The translations under genes were made by a program, and so were the position numbers. Below, piece after piece: positions 11,532 to 24,632 of a stretch of DNA of 64,000 nucleotides. A model generated the notes under the pieces. It saw only the letters and a program-made list of their open reading frames with translations, did not search any database and had not been told where the DNA came from. Location: positions 145,576,001 to 145,640,000 of the forward strand of contig NC_042998.1 in the NCBI RefSeq assembly GCF_006345805.1. Direction: 5' to 3'. The DNA is from Octopus sinensis. Its lineage: Eukaryota. Positions within the stretch are counted from its first letter, which is position 1; the number at the start of each line of letters is the position of its first letter.

Positions 11532-11810
11532 TCAAGAGTTGAGTAGAACACAACAAAGAGAAAAATGGGACGAAAACACAAAAAGCGGAGAACCAACAAA
11601 AAACACGCCATTCAGCAAACTAGACGAAAACATAACATAATATAAGGAACATTAGCAGCTGATTTCCTCTTCAGTCAATGTCTGAAATGTCCCAGAAGAT
11701 TCGTGCTTTTTAACATTGAGACCACTTGATCCCGGCAAGTGCCAGAGCATTAAGCTTCTCGGAAAAGCTAACGCATGTGTAAAAGGAGAAAAACAAGAAT
11801 GCTAAAGTTG
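11532..11810 (-). mobile_element. PLE-derived-like fragment with a stem-II-deleted hammerhead-like motif
   Basis: Starts at (TA)n; minus-strand ACATT-GA-CTGAAGA-G-GAAA-TCAGCTGC-TAATGTT resembles the 3' half of the ribozyme at 54933-54950. Confidence 0.45.
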
Positions 11811-11857
11811 GACCAAAAGTCACGCACCAAAACATTTGCCATTTTATTTATATTACA

Positions 11858-11927
<70 letters not shown>

Positions 11928-11964
11928 CATCATCATCATCATCATCATTATTATTATTACTATT

Positions 11965-12831
11965 TTATGTTTCATTTTTGCTTTGCATTTGTACAAGTTG
12001 GCTCCAAGTCTCACCCAGAGACTTGTCACTCAAGAGACGACAAGTTAGAAGTTCGTGTTAGTGTTATGCCTAGGGTGTGATATATTTGGTTTTGTACATA
12101 GTATTGTTCTAGAGAATGTTTAAAAAACCATAAGAAAATTATGAGTTTGTTTTAAAGTTTTAGATTACTTAGTCAGTATTTCACGTAGGATGAGCACTAT
12201 CTTTTGAATTTCTGCCATTTTGGGGTTTCCTGGTATGTGAGCTAGGTAGCAATCAGCCCTTTTTGCTATCATTCCTACGGCACCTATGACAACAGGTATT
12301 GTTTTAGTCTTCAGGTTCCACATTTTGCTAATTTCTATTTCAAGATCTTTATACTTGCTTAGTTTTTGGTTGGTCTTGACAGATACGTTTATATCGATTG
12401 GGACAGTCATATCAATGAGGAGGCATGATTTTTGTCAAAAGTCTTTCAATATAATGTCTGGCCTATTTGCATCTATCTTTCTGTCAGTTTGAATTGTGAA
12501 GTTCTAGAGGAATGAGATGTGATCTTTTTCAAGTACTGGAGGTGGTTTGTGTTCCCACGAGCTCTTATCATAGGGCAGGTCCAGGTTTTTGCAAATATAT
12601 TGTGCAGCTCTATCATTCCTGTTGAGATACTCTGTAGGTGCAAGAAGACTGAACATGGAGACAACATGATCAATGGTTTCATTTTGTTGTTGACATACAA
12701 GACATGTTGGGAAGCTACCGTTCTTTAATATGTTGGTCTGGTAGTTTCTTGTAAGTAAGCATTGATCTTGGGCAGCTATGATAAATCCTTCTGTTTCTGA
12801 TTTTAAGCCAAAAGCTATTAGCCATTGATGG

Positions 12832-12832
<1 letters not shown>
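11965..12832 (-). mobile_element. R4/Dong-type LINE, 5'-truncated 3' fragment, same family as 26820-29690
   Basis: MTVPIDINVSVKTNQKLSKYKDLEIEISKMWNLKTKTIPVVIGA (RLE domain); 3' UTR matches 29580-29690; (ATT)n on both flanks. Confidence 0.9.
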
Positions 12833-12875
<43 letters not shown>

Positions 12876-13040
12876 TATTATTATTATTATTATTCATTTT
12901 GTTCATTATGTACGAGTATGTGAGTATTCACCATTATTTTATTTATTTTATTCAATTGTAGGAAATTCAAGTATATCTTTGCCTATTCTTGACCATATTG
13001 AATTTATTATGTGGATGACTTTTAGCCAATAATGTGCGTG

Positions 13041-13125
<85 letters not shown>

Positions 13126-13170
13126 GTCTGTCTGTCTATCTATCCCTCTATCTATCTATCAATTTATTTA

Positions 13171-13201
<31 letters not shown>

Positions 13202-13679
13202 ATACATATAAGTGTGTGTGTATGCGTGTGAGTGCATATGTGTATGTATGTAAGGGTGCGAGTGAGTTGTGCGTGTGTGTGTGTTCGGTGTGAGACTGTT
13301 CGAGTCTCGGTTCGCGTCTTTCAAAGCTCTGGCTATGCAACATTGAGCCATGTCTCAGCTACTTATTGATCGCTAAACAAGAGTCTTGTCTATCATAGAT
13401 GATCGTTTCACAATTCCATACTACAGAACGCACACCATTTCGATCGAGATATATAATCTCGGTTCATGATCTGGTGATTTTGATACTCTAATCTCCATTT
13501 TTATACAGATACTCACGCACACACACACACGCACGCACACACACACACGCACGCACACACACACACACGTATACACATAGGAACATACACTCATACAAAC
13601 ACATACACACATAAACGCATATACGAAGATGCAAAGAGACAGGTGCTTGCAGTCAATTACATTCATGGATAGAGATACA

Positions 13680-13721
<42 letters not shown>

Positions 13722-13760
13722 AATACACTCACACACGCGCATCAACTCACACACAAACAC

Positions 13761-13799
<39 letters not shown>

Positions 13800-15055
13800 A
13801 GCGAAGGCCAACGTGCAAACAGACGACAGTTTGCTATTTGCAAATCAGTCGCATTCATAGATATACTTACAGAAGAACACGTTCACACATACAAACGTAT
13901 ACATATAGGAACACACAGACTCATACAGAAGTACGCGCATGCACATAAGTACACACACACACATACACACGGACACAAATATGCATAAACACACATTTAC
14001 ATTGTTCAAACATAACTTCACATTCTGTGCTTGTTTGCTCAAGATGGAAGTCGTTGCATATGTAGATTGTATGACGTGCAAAGTTTCTTATTCGAAGCGG
14101 CTGTCATCTGCTTTGGTTGCGAAACTTTAGCAATAGCTTAGTTAAACCTGAGCAGTTTAAGATAAAGTTGAACGGTAAACTGAAATTGTAGCTAATATCA
14201 TTGTAATACAGACGTCCTACTTAGAAAAGAATAAAAGAAACTGGAATAGTCAAAGAAAGAATGATAGAAAAAATATAAATGAAATTAATAAAATAGGAAA
14301 AGAATCAGCGATTACAAATGAAGAATGACAGCGGTTTAGAAATAAAGAAAGAGTAAATGAAAAAATTAGATAGGAAAGGATGCTATTGAAGATGTAGAAA
14401 ATAGAATTTAAAAAATAGTGCCTGGAAGAGAGTGAACGACAAAACAAAATGAAGATAAAGAACGCAAAAAACGGAAGAAAGAAAGAAAGAGATTGAGTTG
14501 CGTGAAACAAACGCAAATAAAGAATTGTGTGAACCAAGCAATAACAATAATAATAATAGAATAAAGGAATAAGGGAATGTAAGTTAATGAGAACAGTCAA
14601 ATGAAAGAATAGTTTCGATTGATAACAGATAAAGAAATAAAAAATTTATTGAATGGAAATGCTAGAAAATATCCCAGGTCGAATAGTTAATGTGGTTTGG
14701 ATGAAGATCAATCAAAAATAGTAAAATGGTGAGCAGCAGATGCGGTGTTACGGTGGCGGAGGAAGGATTAGGTAAGAAAATCTAACGAACCGTCTGTGCT
14801 GGAAGTGGCGGTGGTGGTGGTGGCGGTGGTGGTGGTTGTGGTGGTAATGGTGGTGGCGGCGGCGGCTTGGTGGTGGTGGTAAAGATGGTGATGGTTGCGG
14901 TAATGACAGTGGTGATGCTGGTAATGGTGATGGAGGGGAGGACGAGTCAGAGTAAGACCTTTCCTACAAAATGACCACATTCAATCTGTCGCGGTGTTTG
15001 TTAGTAGAATGCGCGTTTGCTGCGAGATGATCGGTCTATCCAATTGTCTGTCGAT

Positions 15056-15101
<46 letters not shown>

Positions 15102-15247
15102 ATATATTGTATATATGTATATATATAGAGAGAGAGATAGAGAGAGAGAGGAAGAAAGAGAGACAGAGATAGATATATACCTGCACGCATACATAAATAT
15201 GTAATATGTATAGTCGCATAATGTTATACTTATATATATATATATAT

Positions 15248-15490
15248 AGGTCCAGGCGTGGTTGTGTGGTGAGAAGCTTGCTCTCCAACCATATAGTTCT
15301 AGACTCCGGGCTCAGTCAAACCTTGGACAGAGTTTTCTAATATAAACCCTCGGGCTCACCAAAGCCTTGAGACTAGATTTGGTAGGCGGAAACTGAAAGA
15401 AACCCGTCGATTTCTTCAACTAAAACTCTTTAAGGTGGGGCTCCGGTAAGACCGCATTCAAATGACTGAAACGTGTAAAATAATAAAATA
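15248..15490 (+). mobile_element. SINE family B, internally deleted
   Basis: Head AGGCGTGGTTGTGTGGTGAGAAG, GATTTGGTAGGCGGAAACTGAAAGAAACCCGTCG, tail AATGACTGAAAC. Confidence 0.7.
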
Positions 15491-15594
15491 AAAGAATATA
15501 TAAGAATGAAAAATAAAAAATTATATATATATATACGTATACAGACACAAGGACATGAATGTATATGTCGTACTTGTATATATTATATATATAT

Positions 15595-15642
<48 letters not shown>

Positions 15643-15646
<4 letters not shown>

Positions 15647-15812
15647 ATACTAAGCAATAAAGGGTTTAGCTAAACCCTTCGTTGCTAACCCTTATTGCTT
15701 AGTATTACTTAAATTTTCCTCGAATGAGGCTTTTACATGCCGAAGACTACTTGGTGTAATTGATAATTATTCCAAATTAATTAATTTCACCCTTATTATT
15801 ACGGATAACTAT
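15643..15812. mobile_element. short element between (TA)n tracts with nested palindromes and a decayed hammerhead-like motif
   Basis: Arms 15643-15670 / 15684-15709; inner perfect palindrome AGGGTTTAGCTAAACCCT; CGAATGA-GGC(TTTTACAT)GCC-GAA-GAC-TA at 15721-15749. Confidence 0.5.
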
Positions 15813-15843
15813 ATATAATATATATATTATATATATAGATATA

Positions 15844-15876
<33 letters not shown>

Positions 15877-17180
15877 ATATATATATACGCATACACACAC
15901 ACACACACGCTCTTATTCAGACAAACGCATTAGAGCGCTGAGTGATGAAAATATCACCAACGAATAGTAAAGTTAACAGAAGATTAAAAAAAGAGCAAAA
16001 TGAAAAGAAGATACAAAGAAATTGTCTAAAAGATTCACAGTAGACTGATGAGATAGGTACATACATACATACATACATACATTCATACTTACATACTTAT
16101 GTGTTTATATTATGTATGTATGTATGCATGTATGTATGCATGTATGTATGTAAGCATATATATATATATATGCGTGTGATATAGACAGAGAGAGAGAGTG
16201 ATAAAAATAACGAAAGAGATAGGACTAGTAAAACAGCAAATTTACTTACAACCACATTATATTAAAAACAGATGGCGGTTTGTAGGTCACGTGACCGGGT
16301 CTCCTGTCTAATAAAATCTGACATTTTGAGATTAATGTATATTCCAATGGAAACTGTTGCGAATCTTTATAAATTACAACCATTCAATTTCTTTTGAGGA
16401 AGAAAGAAAGAAAAGGAAGAAAAGTGAATAAAACTAATGCAAAGAAAGAGAAAAAAATGAGAACAGACGAAAACCAAATGAACGAAGAGCACACTTCTAC
16501 ACACATACACCCACGAAAGGATATTAAACCCAGAAGACATAGAAATAGAAAAAAAGATTCAACGACAAATACGAATACATAAGAAAGGAAATAAAATCAA
16601 TAAGTTAATAAATCAATCAGTTAGAAAAATATGCGTTTGGGCGAAGGTCAAATTTGATAAATATTGGTACAAAATATTATTATTAGATTACGTTAGTTTC
16701 AAGGAAAATGGCTGGCTTGTTAACAACTGTGACAAGTAAGTCAAGTCAATGGGTCGATTTTTTTTACTGATTTTTATAGATATACATGATTATATTAGCG
16801 AATATATAGATGAATATTTGTGGATATATGCATAAATATACGTTGATATACGAGGATCTCTTGTCTTCAATCGATTTTTTCACTTAGACGTTAAAATTAA
16901 AGGTTACCCACAGCGTACAAATACATGCGGATAAAATATACTGCTACATACTCTAAACTTATGCAATTATGCAGAGAAGATATGTGGAATTTACCATATT
17001 TTTATTGATATTGTGTGCCTGGAATTGTCTGTTTATGTATGATTATGAGCCATTATTTGCATACATTTTTACATAAATGTATCCTGCTGTTCAGCTACGT
17101 AAATGAGAACTGTGCAATACGTGGGTGTATATCTTTGCTTTTGGTATTTATGAGTGTATGTGTGTGTGTATCATATATTG

Positions 17181-17222
<42 letters not shown>

Positions 17223-17261
17223 ATATATATATATGCCTGTTTATGCATACACGCACATATG

Positions 17262-17336
<75 letters not shown>

Positions 17337-17434
17337 TGTGAGCGTGTTTGATATCATTATATATATATTAACATATATGCAAAGGTATGATCAAGAATCT
17401 TTGCCTGATCTCTCCCTCTCTCTGTCCCCCTCTT

Positions 17435-17475
<41 letters not shown>

Positions 17476-17811
17476 TACTCACACACGGTGTTTATACATA
17501 CATATACATGATACATGTATACACAAATAATCACACATACGAATACCTCGCATATCCAAAAGCTTATAATTAGATGTATACAATATTTATGCATTCATAT
17601 ATTTGTAAACACATCATCGCATTATATAGTATATCAGTGTTATATATATATATATATATATATATTATATTGATAAACGGTAAGATAACAAAAGAAAGAA
17701 AGAGACCTCAATATTTGGTAAATAGAGGAAAGTTATCTATACAGTATGTTACATTACTCGGTAGTCAAGATAAAACTCTGAGTTTCAGATGCCGAAGTGG
17801 AAATCCACAAC

Positions 17812-17911
17812 NNNNNNNNNNNNNNNNNNNNNNNNNNNNNNNNNNNNNNNNNNNNNNNNNNNNNNNNNNNNNNNNNNNNNNNNNNNNNNNNNNNNNNNNN
17901 NNNNNNNNNNN
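17812..17911. other. assembly gap (100 N)
   Basis: Run of N. Confidence 1.
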
Positions 17912-17964
17912 TTATCCTCTCCTCCAAAATGTCAGGCCCTGTGCCTGTAATAGAAAGGCTTATT

Positions 17965-18170
17965 AAGGTGGGCAGCTAGCAGAACCGTCAGCAAGTCGGA
18001 CAAAACGCTTAGCTGCATTTCTTTTGACTTCATGTTCTGAGTTCAAATACTGCCAAAATCAGCTTTGTCTTCCATTCTTCAGGATCAATAAAGTAAGGAA
18101 TTATTCAAGTACGAGGATCGGTGTAATCGACTTTTCCTTCCCTTCACAATTATTGACCTTCTTACTGACA
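17965..18170 (+). mobile_element. SINE family A, diverged
   Basis: GGGCAGCTAGCAGAACCGTCAGC head, GTTCTGAGTTCAAATAC B box. Confidence 0.7.
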
Positions 18171-18254
18171 TTCTACTACTTTCAACTGGCATAGTGAGTT
18201 GCGTTTTCAGCGACTAGGTAGTTAATGTACAACAATAAATTTCAACAACTTATA

Positions 18255-18286
<32 letters not shown>

Positions 18287-18469
18287 TTATATATTATTGT
18301 TATTATTATTATTATTATTATTAATTATTATTTATTATTATTATTATTATCATTATTTTTATTTTTATTATTATCATTATTATATTTTATTATTATATTA
18401 TTATTATTATTATTATTATTATCATTATTTTTATTTTATTTTATTATCATTATTATTATTATTATATGA

Positions 18470-18501
<32 letters not shown>

Positions 18502-18511
18502 GGTGTTGTTA

Positions 18512-18715
18512 AAGCGGTGAACTGGGCGAAATACTCAGCGGTATTTTGTCTATCGCTACGTCCTGACTTTTAATTACGCCGAGGTTGACTTTGCCTTTCA
18601 TCCTTTTGGTTTCGATAAATTAAGTACCAGTGAAACACTGGGGTCGATGTAATCGACAAGTCCCCTCCTCCCAAATTTCGGGCCCTGTGCCTTTAATAGA
18701 AAGGATTATTATTAT
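18512..18715 (+). mobile_element. SINE family A with (ATT)n tail
   Basis: Core GACTTTGCCTTTCATCCTTTTGG; ends CCCTGTGCCTTTAATAGAAAGGATTATTATT; also preceded by (ATT)n. Confidence 0.85.
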
Positions 18716-18738
18716 CATTTTTGTTGTTGTTGTTGTTG

Positions 18739-18805
<67 letters not shown>

Positions 18806-19280
18806 CATCTTTCAATTCTGTTTCCATTTCTTGCCGAGTGTCTTCCTAACACCTAAGGCAGAGAAACGTACTGTATACATTGGTAGGCCATTAAAATAAA
18901 CACAGCAGATTGTTCATTTACAAAGTCATCTGATAGAGAAAAAGGAGAAGAATGTCATAGAAAAATGAAAAAAAAGCAGAAAATAATGGGAAAAAAGGGT
19001 AAGAAAATTCACGGCGACAATGCTCTTATCAGTACGTGTGGCGTATCATTTAAGACAATCCTTTGCACTTTTGCATTGATGGTAAGCCAGGGATTATTCT
19101 TAAATAATGTTCAGTTCTTTTTTTGATCATTCCAAATGCTCCTACAATCACTGGTATTGTAACCGTCTTGAGATGCCACATCTTTTCGATAGATTCCAAT
19201 ATCCTCAGAAACAGGAATGAATTTGATAAATGACATAAGCATATGTGGCTAAAATTTTGGTCACATCGCCGGTGAGTTTC
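18806..19280 (-). mobile_element. R4/Dong-type LINE 3' fragment (family of 35145-37790)
   Basis: Homologous to 35160-35520 (RLE C-terminus and 3' UTR GACACTCGGCAAGAAATGGAA); its 3' end lies in (AAT)n. Confidence 0.8.
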
Positions 19281-19686
19281 CTATTTTAAATACATTATAC
19301 AAGCTAAGGAACGATAACGAGAGCCGAATAAATCGCACTGGATGCTTTCGAGAAACATTTAATGTAAATGTTCCTTGCTGATATTAAATGCGCGCGTGTG
19401 TGTGTGCGTGTGTACATCTTTTTTAGTTGGCGGAAAAAGTTACAGAGTGCCTTATGGGCCACGAGTTTCGTGCTTTCACACTTGTAAAACTGGTTTCAAA
19501 TCAAGGAGGCATATATTTATAAAATCAATTACAATGTCATGCAGTTAATGCATAATTTTCATATGGTTTGCCCGACACGCCGTTTACACACACACATATA
19601 TATATACATATATATATACACATATATATATAAAACACACACATATATCTACATATATATATACATATGTATACATATATATATAC

Positions 19687-19717
<31 letters not shown>

Positions 19718-19982
19718 ATATACATATATATATACATATATATACATACACCACACATTATTATATATACATACACACATACACACACCACATATATATA
19801 TATATATATTATATATATATATACACCAATGAGTGGACAAACAAGAAAGGGCGCTCAACACATTTACTAGGAGTTACATGTATTATTTCAAACAAGTTCA
19901 TTCGATTCCGTGCTACTTGAAGCTTTGCAGGCCCCTAACATGAGCCCCACACCATGCTTCTGGAATGACCAGAGGTTTGAAA

Positions 19983-20345
19983 GACGTGGCTGTGTGGTAA
20001 GAAACGTGTCTCCCAACTAGATGGTTCTCGGTTCAGAGTCACTGCATGGCATCTTGGGCAAATGTCTTCTAAATGTCGGCCTCGGGCCGACCAAAACCTT
20101 GTGAATGGATTTGGTGGACGGAAGCTGAAAGAAGCCCGTCGTATATATATGTATATATTCATGTGTGTGTCTTTGTGTTTGTATTTTTCCCCACCACCAT
20201 CGCTTGACAACCGTTGTTGGTGTGTTTACGTCCCCCGTAAGTAAGCGGTTCGACATAGGAGACCGATAGAATAAGTACCAGGCTTGCTAAGAATAAGTCC
20301 AGCGGTCGATTTCTTTGACTAAAAGGCGGTGTTCCAGTATGGACC
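19983..20345 (+). mobile_element. SINE family B, full length
   Basis: GTGGCTGTGTGGTAAGAA head, GGTTCAGAGTCAC, CTTGGGCAAATGTCTT, GACTAAAAGGCGGTGTTCCAGTATGG. Confidence 0.85.
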
Positions 20346-20384
20346 CAGTTATTACTATTATTATGTTACTATTGTGATTTCAAT

Positions 20385-20552
20385 ATTTGCACAATGCCAA
20401 TAATTTTGGTGAGGTGTTCAGTCGATTCAGTGTTCAACTGATGCATATTTTATCGACCTCGAAAGCTCGAATTTGAACTGAGGATGTAAAGACGGACGAA
20501 ATGCCCCTAAACATTTTGTACGGCGTGCTAACGATTCTGCCAGCTCACCGGT
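20385..20552 (-). mobile_element. SINE family A, diverged
   Basis: Reverse-complement head GGTGAGCTGGCAGAATCGTTAGCACGCC and B box. Confidence 0.7.
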
Positions 20553-21484
20553 TTTATTATTATCTTATTATTACAAATTAATAATTCAGTAAAAAGCGAC
20601 TATTTCAATGTAGGTTTTTAAAGGTTACGCACGACTCTACCACGATACAATAGTAACTGTTGAGTACTATTTTTATAAGTAAAATCCAGGAGCAATGATT
20701 CGACGATAGCGTTACAAATCTTTGATTTAAAAGTCATATCTACCCCTGTGGGACAGGCTACATGATTATTTTGTTTACCGATCTAGGGGTGGATCCTTTT
20801 GATGAAATGGGGAATAGGTTTGTTTGTTATGATGATGTTGATCATGATGACGACGACGAGACGATGGCGATGGCGATGACGATGATGATGATGGTGGTGG
20901 ATTTGGTGGTGGTGGTAATGATGGTACTGGTGGTTGTGGTGATTTTGGTAATTATTAGAATTATCCATCTAAATATTCACTCTCCATGCTCTCCATCCGA
21001 GAGAATCATCAATCCCCCTTCCCACTCCCCCACTTCTGCAGTGTTCTCTATTATGACCGACTGTCTTCCATTCCAGCAATTCGATTGATGCAACACAACT
21101 TATTTAAAGAGATTCTCTCTATTTACTCAATCTGGAAATGGTTTGGCACCGTATAATTATGCCGCATTACAATCCATCATACTATGTATCGGCAAATTTA
21201 TACATACACTCACACACACATAGAGACTTATACGCTGACACACATACACGCACACGCTCACATAAACACATACACTGCAGACAGACTGACACACAAACGC
21301 ACTCAGATTTATAGAAGTATCTATATAATTATATACTGCTATATAGCCCTATAGATATACATACATATATACATAAACACACACACATATATAAAATGTG
21401 TGTATCTATGTATACATATATTGGTATTTATATATGTGCATGTGTGAGACTACTTCTGTGCGACAGTATGTGTAAATAATATAG

Positions 21485-21597
<113 letters not shown>

Positions 21598-21710
21598 GAT
21601 GTTATATATATATATATATACATACATACATACATATATACATCATACATACATACATATTTCTATCTATCTTCTATATATATATAATGTATATATACAT
21701 ACATACAATT

Positions 21711-21741
<31 letters not shown>

Positions 21742-21853
21742 CATACATGCATACATATTATCTATACCTATCTTTCTATATATATGGTAATATATATATA
21801 TACTGCATACATACAATATACATATATAATATATATCTATATCTATCTATCTA

Positions 21854-21933
<80 letters not shown>

Positions 21934-22329
21934 GAGTGTGTATGGTACATAAATATCTGTATAATTGTATTTATATATGTGCGAGTGCATGAGTGTGTAT
22001 TTGTGATAATGTGTTTTTGTGTGTGCGTGTGTAAAGTATCTAGGTATCTTTCCGTATCTAATTGAACGTATCTTAGAATACAGCACAAATATATATATGT
22101 GTATATGTACATGCGTGTTTGTGTGTGTTTGTGAAATATATATAGAACAATTATGTATGAATTCATGTATAGATATAATGTAGATGTGTATGTGTATACT
22201 TGTGTGAATTTGCGTGCGCGTGCGTGCGTGTGTGAGTGCGTTGTGTTTGTGTGTTTGTGTGTGTGTGTGTGCAAGTTCGTGTGCGCGCACGCAAGCGTTT
22301 TGTGTTGATTCTTAATGTTTACTTCTTGT

Positions 22330-23000
22330 TAAATTGTTTGGCCAGGACCTATCATAACATCCCTTAAAACATATTTACATAATTAAGAAGAACATTAAAA
22401 CAGGAATCACGCCAAATTTAGTCCGCCATCAACGGTTATAACAAGAACAACCGCCAAAATTACCGACAGAATAACCATTGTCTGACAGTGCCTAATTGAA
22501 AGAGAATTGTTTGATAGCTGATTGGAGAAAAAAAGTCAAGGGAACCAGTGAAATTGTTTACCGGAAGACAAACTGAAGACATAAAGACATTTAGAGAAGG
22601 ACGGCAGCGTTCGTGATCTTTGAAAGTGATAGAAGGCTGATAGGACTGATGCAGATGAATCTTAGCATTTATTTGGATAATTACTTTAAAACTGTGGGCA
22701 GGCTGGGTTTCCAGAGGGAATGCGATCTGGGGTGTAGGGATTGGAGTGTACTCAGATGGGTGTATGATGAATGAAAAATTTAAGATGGATGTAAAGATCT
22801 GAGCGAGAGGGTATGCAATTTGCTGGCTTCAAAGAACGGAGACCTTTGTTGTAGTAGTAGAAATGCTAGACAGAAGACAGGGAAATCTTTGAACCATTTG
22901 TTGCAGATTCTTAATGAGTAAATATTTGTCAATCAGTCGGAAGATATATATAGGGATTTGGCCTTAGATCTTCGAGTGCTAGGCAGCAACGTCAGCTCAT
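22330..23000 (-). mobile_element. decayed CR1/L2-type LINE RT fragment
   Basis: The minus strand gives a PISLLSLSKI remnant of the YRPISLLS..SK motif; the rest is heavily interrupted. Confidence 0.45.
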
Positions 23001-23059
23001 AATTGTCAGCAGTACAACAGCATTGGTATAAAAGAAGGGCGGCAACAAATATTTTGAAC

Positions 23060-23500
23060 AATACTGCAGACTCATTTGTCAGTTGCTTGACAAGCAAATT
23101 AGTTGAGCATGTCTCTTAGTGGCTGGTAATTTGTGCATCTCTGATCACGAGCAGGAGTAGTGGGAGAGCATCATAGCCCTGTGTTGAGAGGAATTATTTG
23201 GGGTTTGAATAATTCACGTCTACAAACATTGGTGTTTAATTCACCATCCTTAAACAAACCTTATTCGGGAACCTTTTGAGCTTGATGGGCTGCTCAACCC
23301 GAAGAAAATTCTAACTGGGTACCACCTGAAGGGTCATGTGTTGTTTATCTTGATATGAGAAGACCATGTCTTGCACTCATGGCTGTGATGTATGTGCCTG
23401 GTGTATCCTTATCAGACGGGTAGACATGATGTGTATATTGGGTTTTGTATATTTGTACCCTAGTGTCACTTTTATGACATGTGCTGCTCTCTCATTCAGC
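23060..23500 (+). mobile_element. interspersed repeat 3' end terminating in (AAC)n/(AAT)n (probable retroposon tail)
   Basis: Ends …CTGCTCTCTCATTC directly followed by (AAC)n(AAT)n; recognised from memory as a common cephalopod repeat. Confidence 0.45.
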
Positions 23501-23560
23501 AACAACAACAACATCAACAACGACAACGAGAAAACCACCACCACCACCAACAACAACAAC

Positions 23561-23646
<86 letters not shown>

Positions 23647-23659
23647 TAATGGTGATGAT

Positions 23660-23858
23660 AATCCTTTCTACTATAGTCACAAGACCAGAAATTCTGAGGG
23701 AGGGTTTAGTCAATTATATCGACTCCAACGCACAACTGGTGCTTTTTCCTCGATCGCGAAAGGAGGAACTCAAAGCTGACTTTGGCGGAATTTGAACTCA
23801 GAACGGAAATACGAACGAAATGCCGCTGGTGTGCTAACGATTCTTCCATCTCACCACC
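23660..23858 (-). mobile_element. SINE family A with (ATT)n tail, embedded in (AAT)n
   Basis: Sense 3' end GACTATAGTAGAAAGGATTATC…ATT; GGAATTTGAACTCAGAAC is the reverse B box. Confidence 0.8.
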
Positions 23859-23876
23859 AATATAATAATAATAATG

Positions 23877-23913
<37 letters not shown>

Positions 23914-24008
23914 GGGGTGTTACCTTAGTTCACTGGTAGTGAACAGCTGACACCGTAGTACATCTCCAGCGTTAGAAGCTGTGCAAAGACAATAAAATAA
24001 TAATAATG

Positions 24009-24059
<51 letters not shown>

Positions 24060-24369
24060 GTAATTATTATTATTATCATAATTATAAATATAATAGTTGA
24101 ACAATTTATGCTATAAAACATCTGACAAAGATCCACATTCTGTGTGTCTAAATTAGTTGGACTTTGAACAATTAAACCAACCTAATGATTTAGATATTGT
24201 ATTGACCAATAACGCTTCAGTGTATTTAACAACCAATTACACAAATTTATCTTCACCAATTTTCTAATATACTCTGAGGCGTTATTATTGAATATAGCAG
24301 CGTATGGAAGACACACGGCACCGTCGAAGGTTTCTCCTGAAAGAAGAAAGCTAATTGTTCATCTTTTAT

Positions 24370-24632
24370 CTTTTATTTTAGTCATTGGACTGCCGCCATG
24401 CTGGGACACCTCCTTGAAGGGCCTAGTCTAACAAATCGCTGCCAGTATTTATGTTTTTTTTTAAACCCGATACTTATTCTATGGGTCAATTTTGATATGT
24501 ACACAAATCATCTCGGATTGTCAAGCGATGACAGGGGACAAACACAACACAAGCACGAAGGCAGTCTACATAGATACAAAGAACACATAGTTGGAAAGCG
24601 AGCTTCTTAATGACACAGCCATGCCGGCGCCT
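24370..24632 (-). mobile_element. SINE family B, diverged
   Basis: TCATTGGACTGCCGCCATGCTGGGACACC, GGGGACAAACAC, GACACAGCCATGCCGGCGCC. Confidence 0.7.

Noticed and set aside
13437-13470. CGAGAT(N5)ATCTCG hairpin with ATCATGA…GAAA on the minus strand
   Set aside because: Two core mismatches, and no stem I or III could be built. Possibly a very decayed motif; not counted.
14721-14935. ATG…AG|GTAAGA mini-exon and a Gly-rich (GGT)n stretch
   Set aside because: A single donor-like site with no acceptor or homology support; (GGT)n is simple repeat.
19455-19500. Minus-strand GTG(TGAAAG)CAC-GAAA-CTC as a hammerhead
   Set aside because: The 5' core reads TTTACAA and is too far from CUGANGA.
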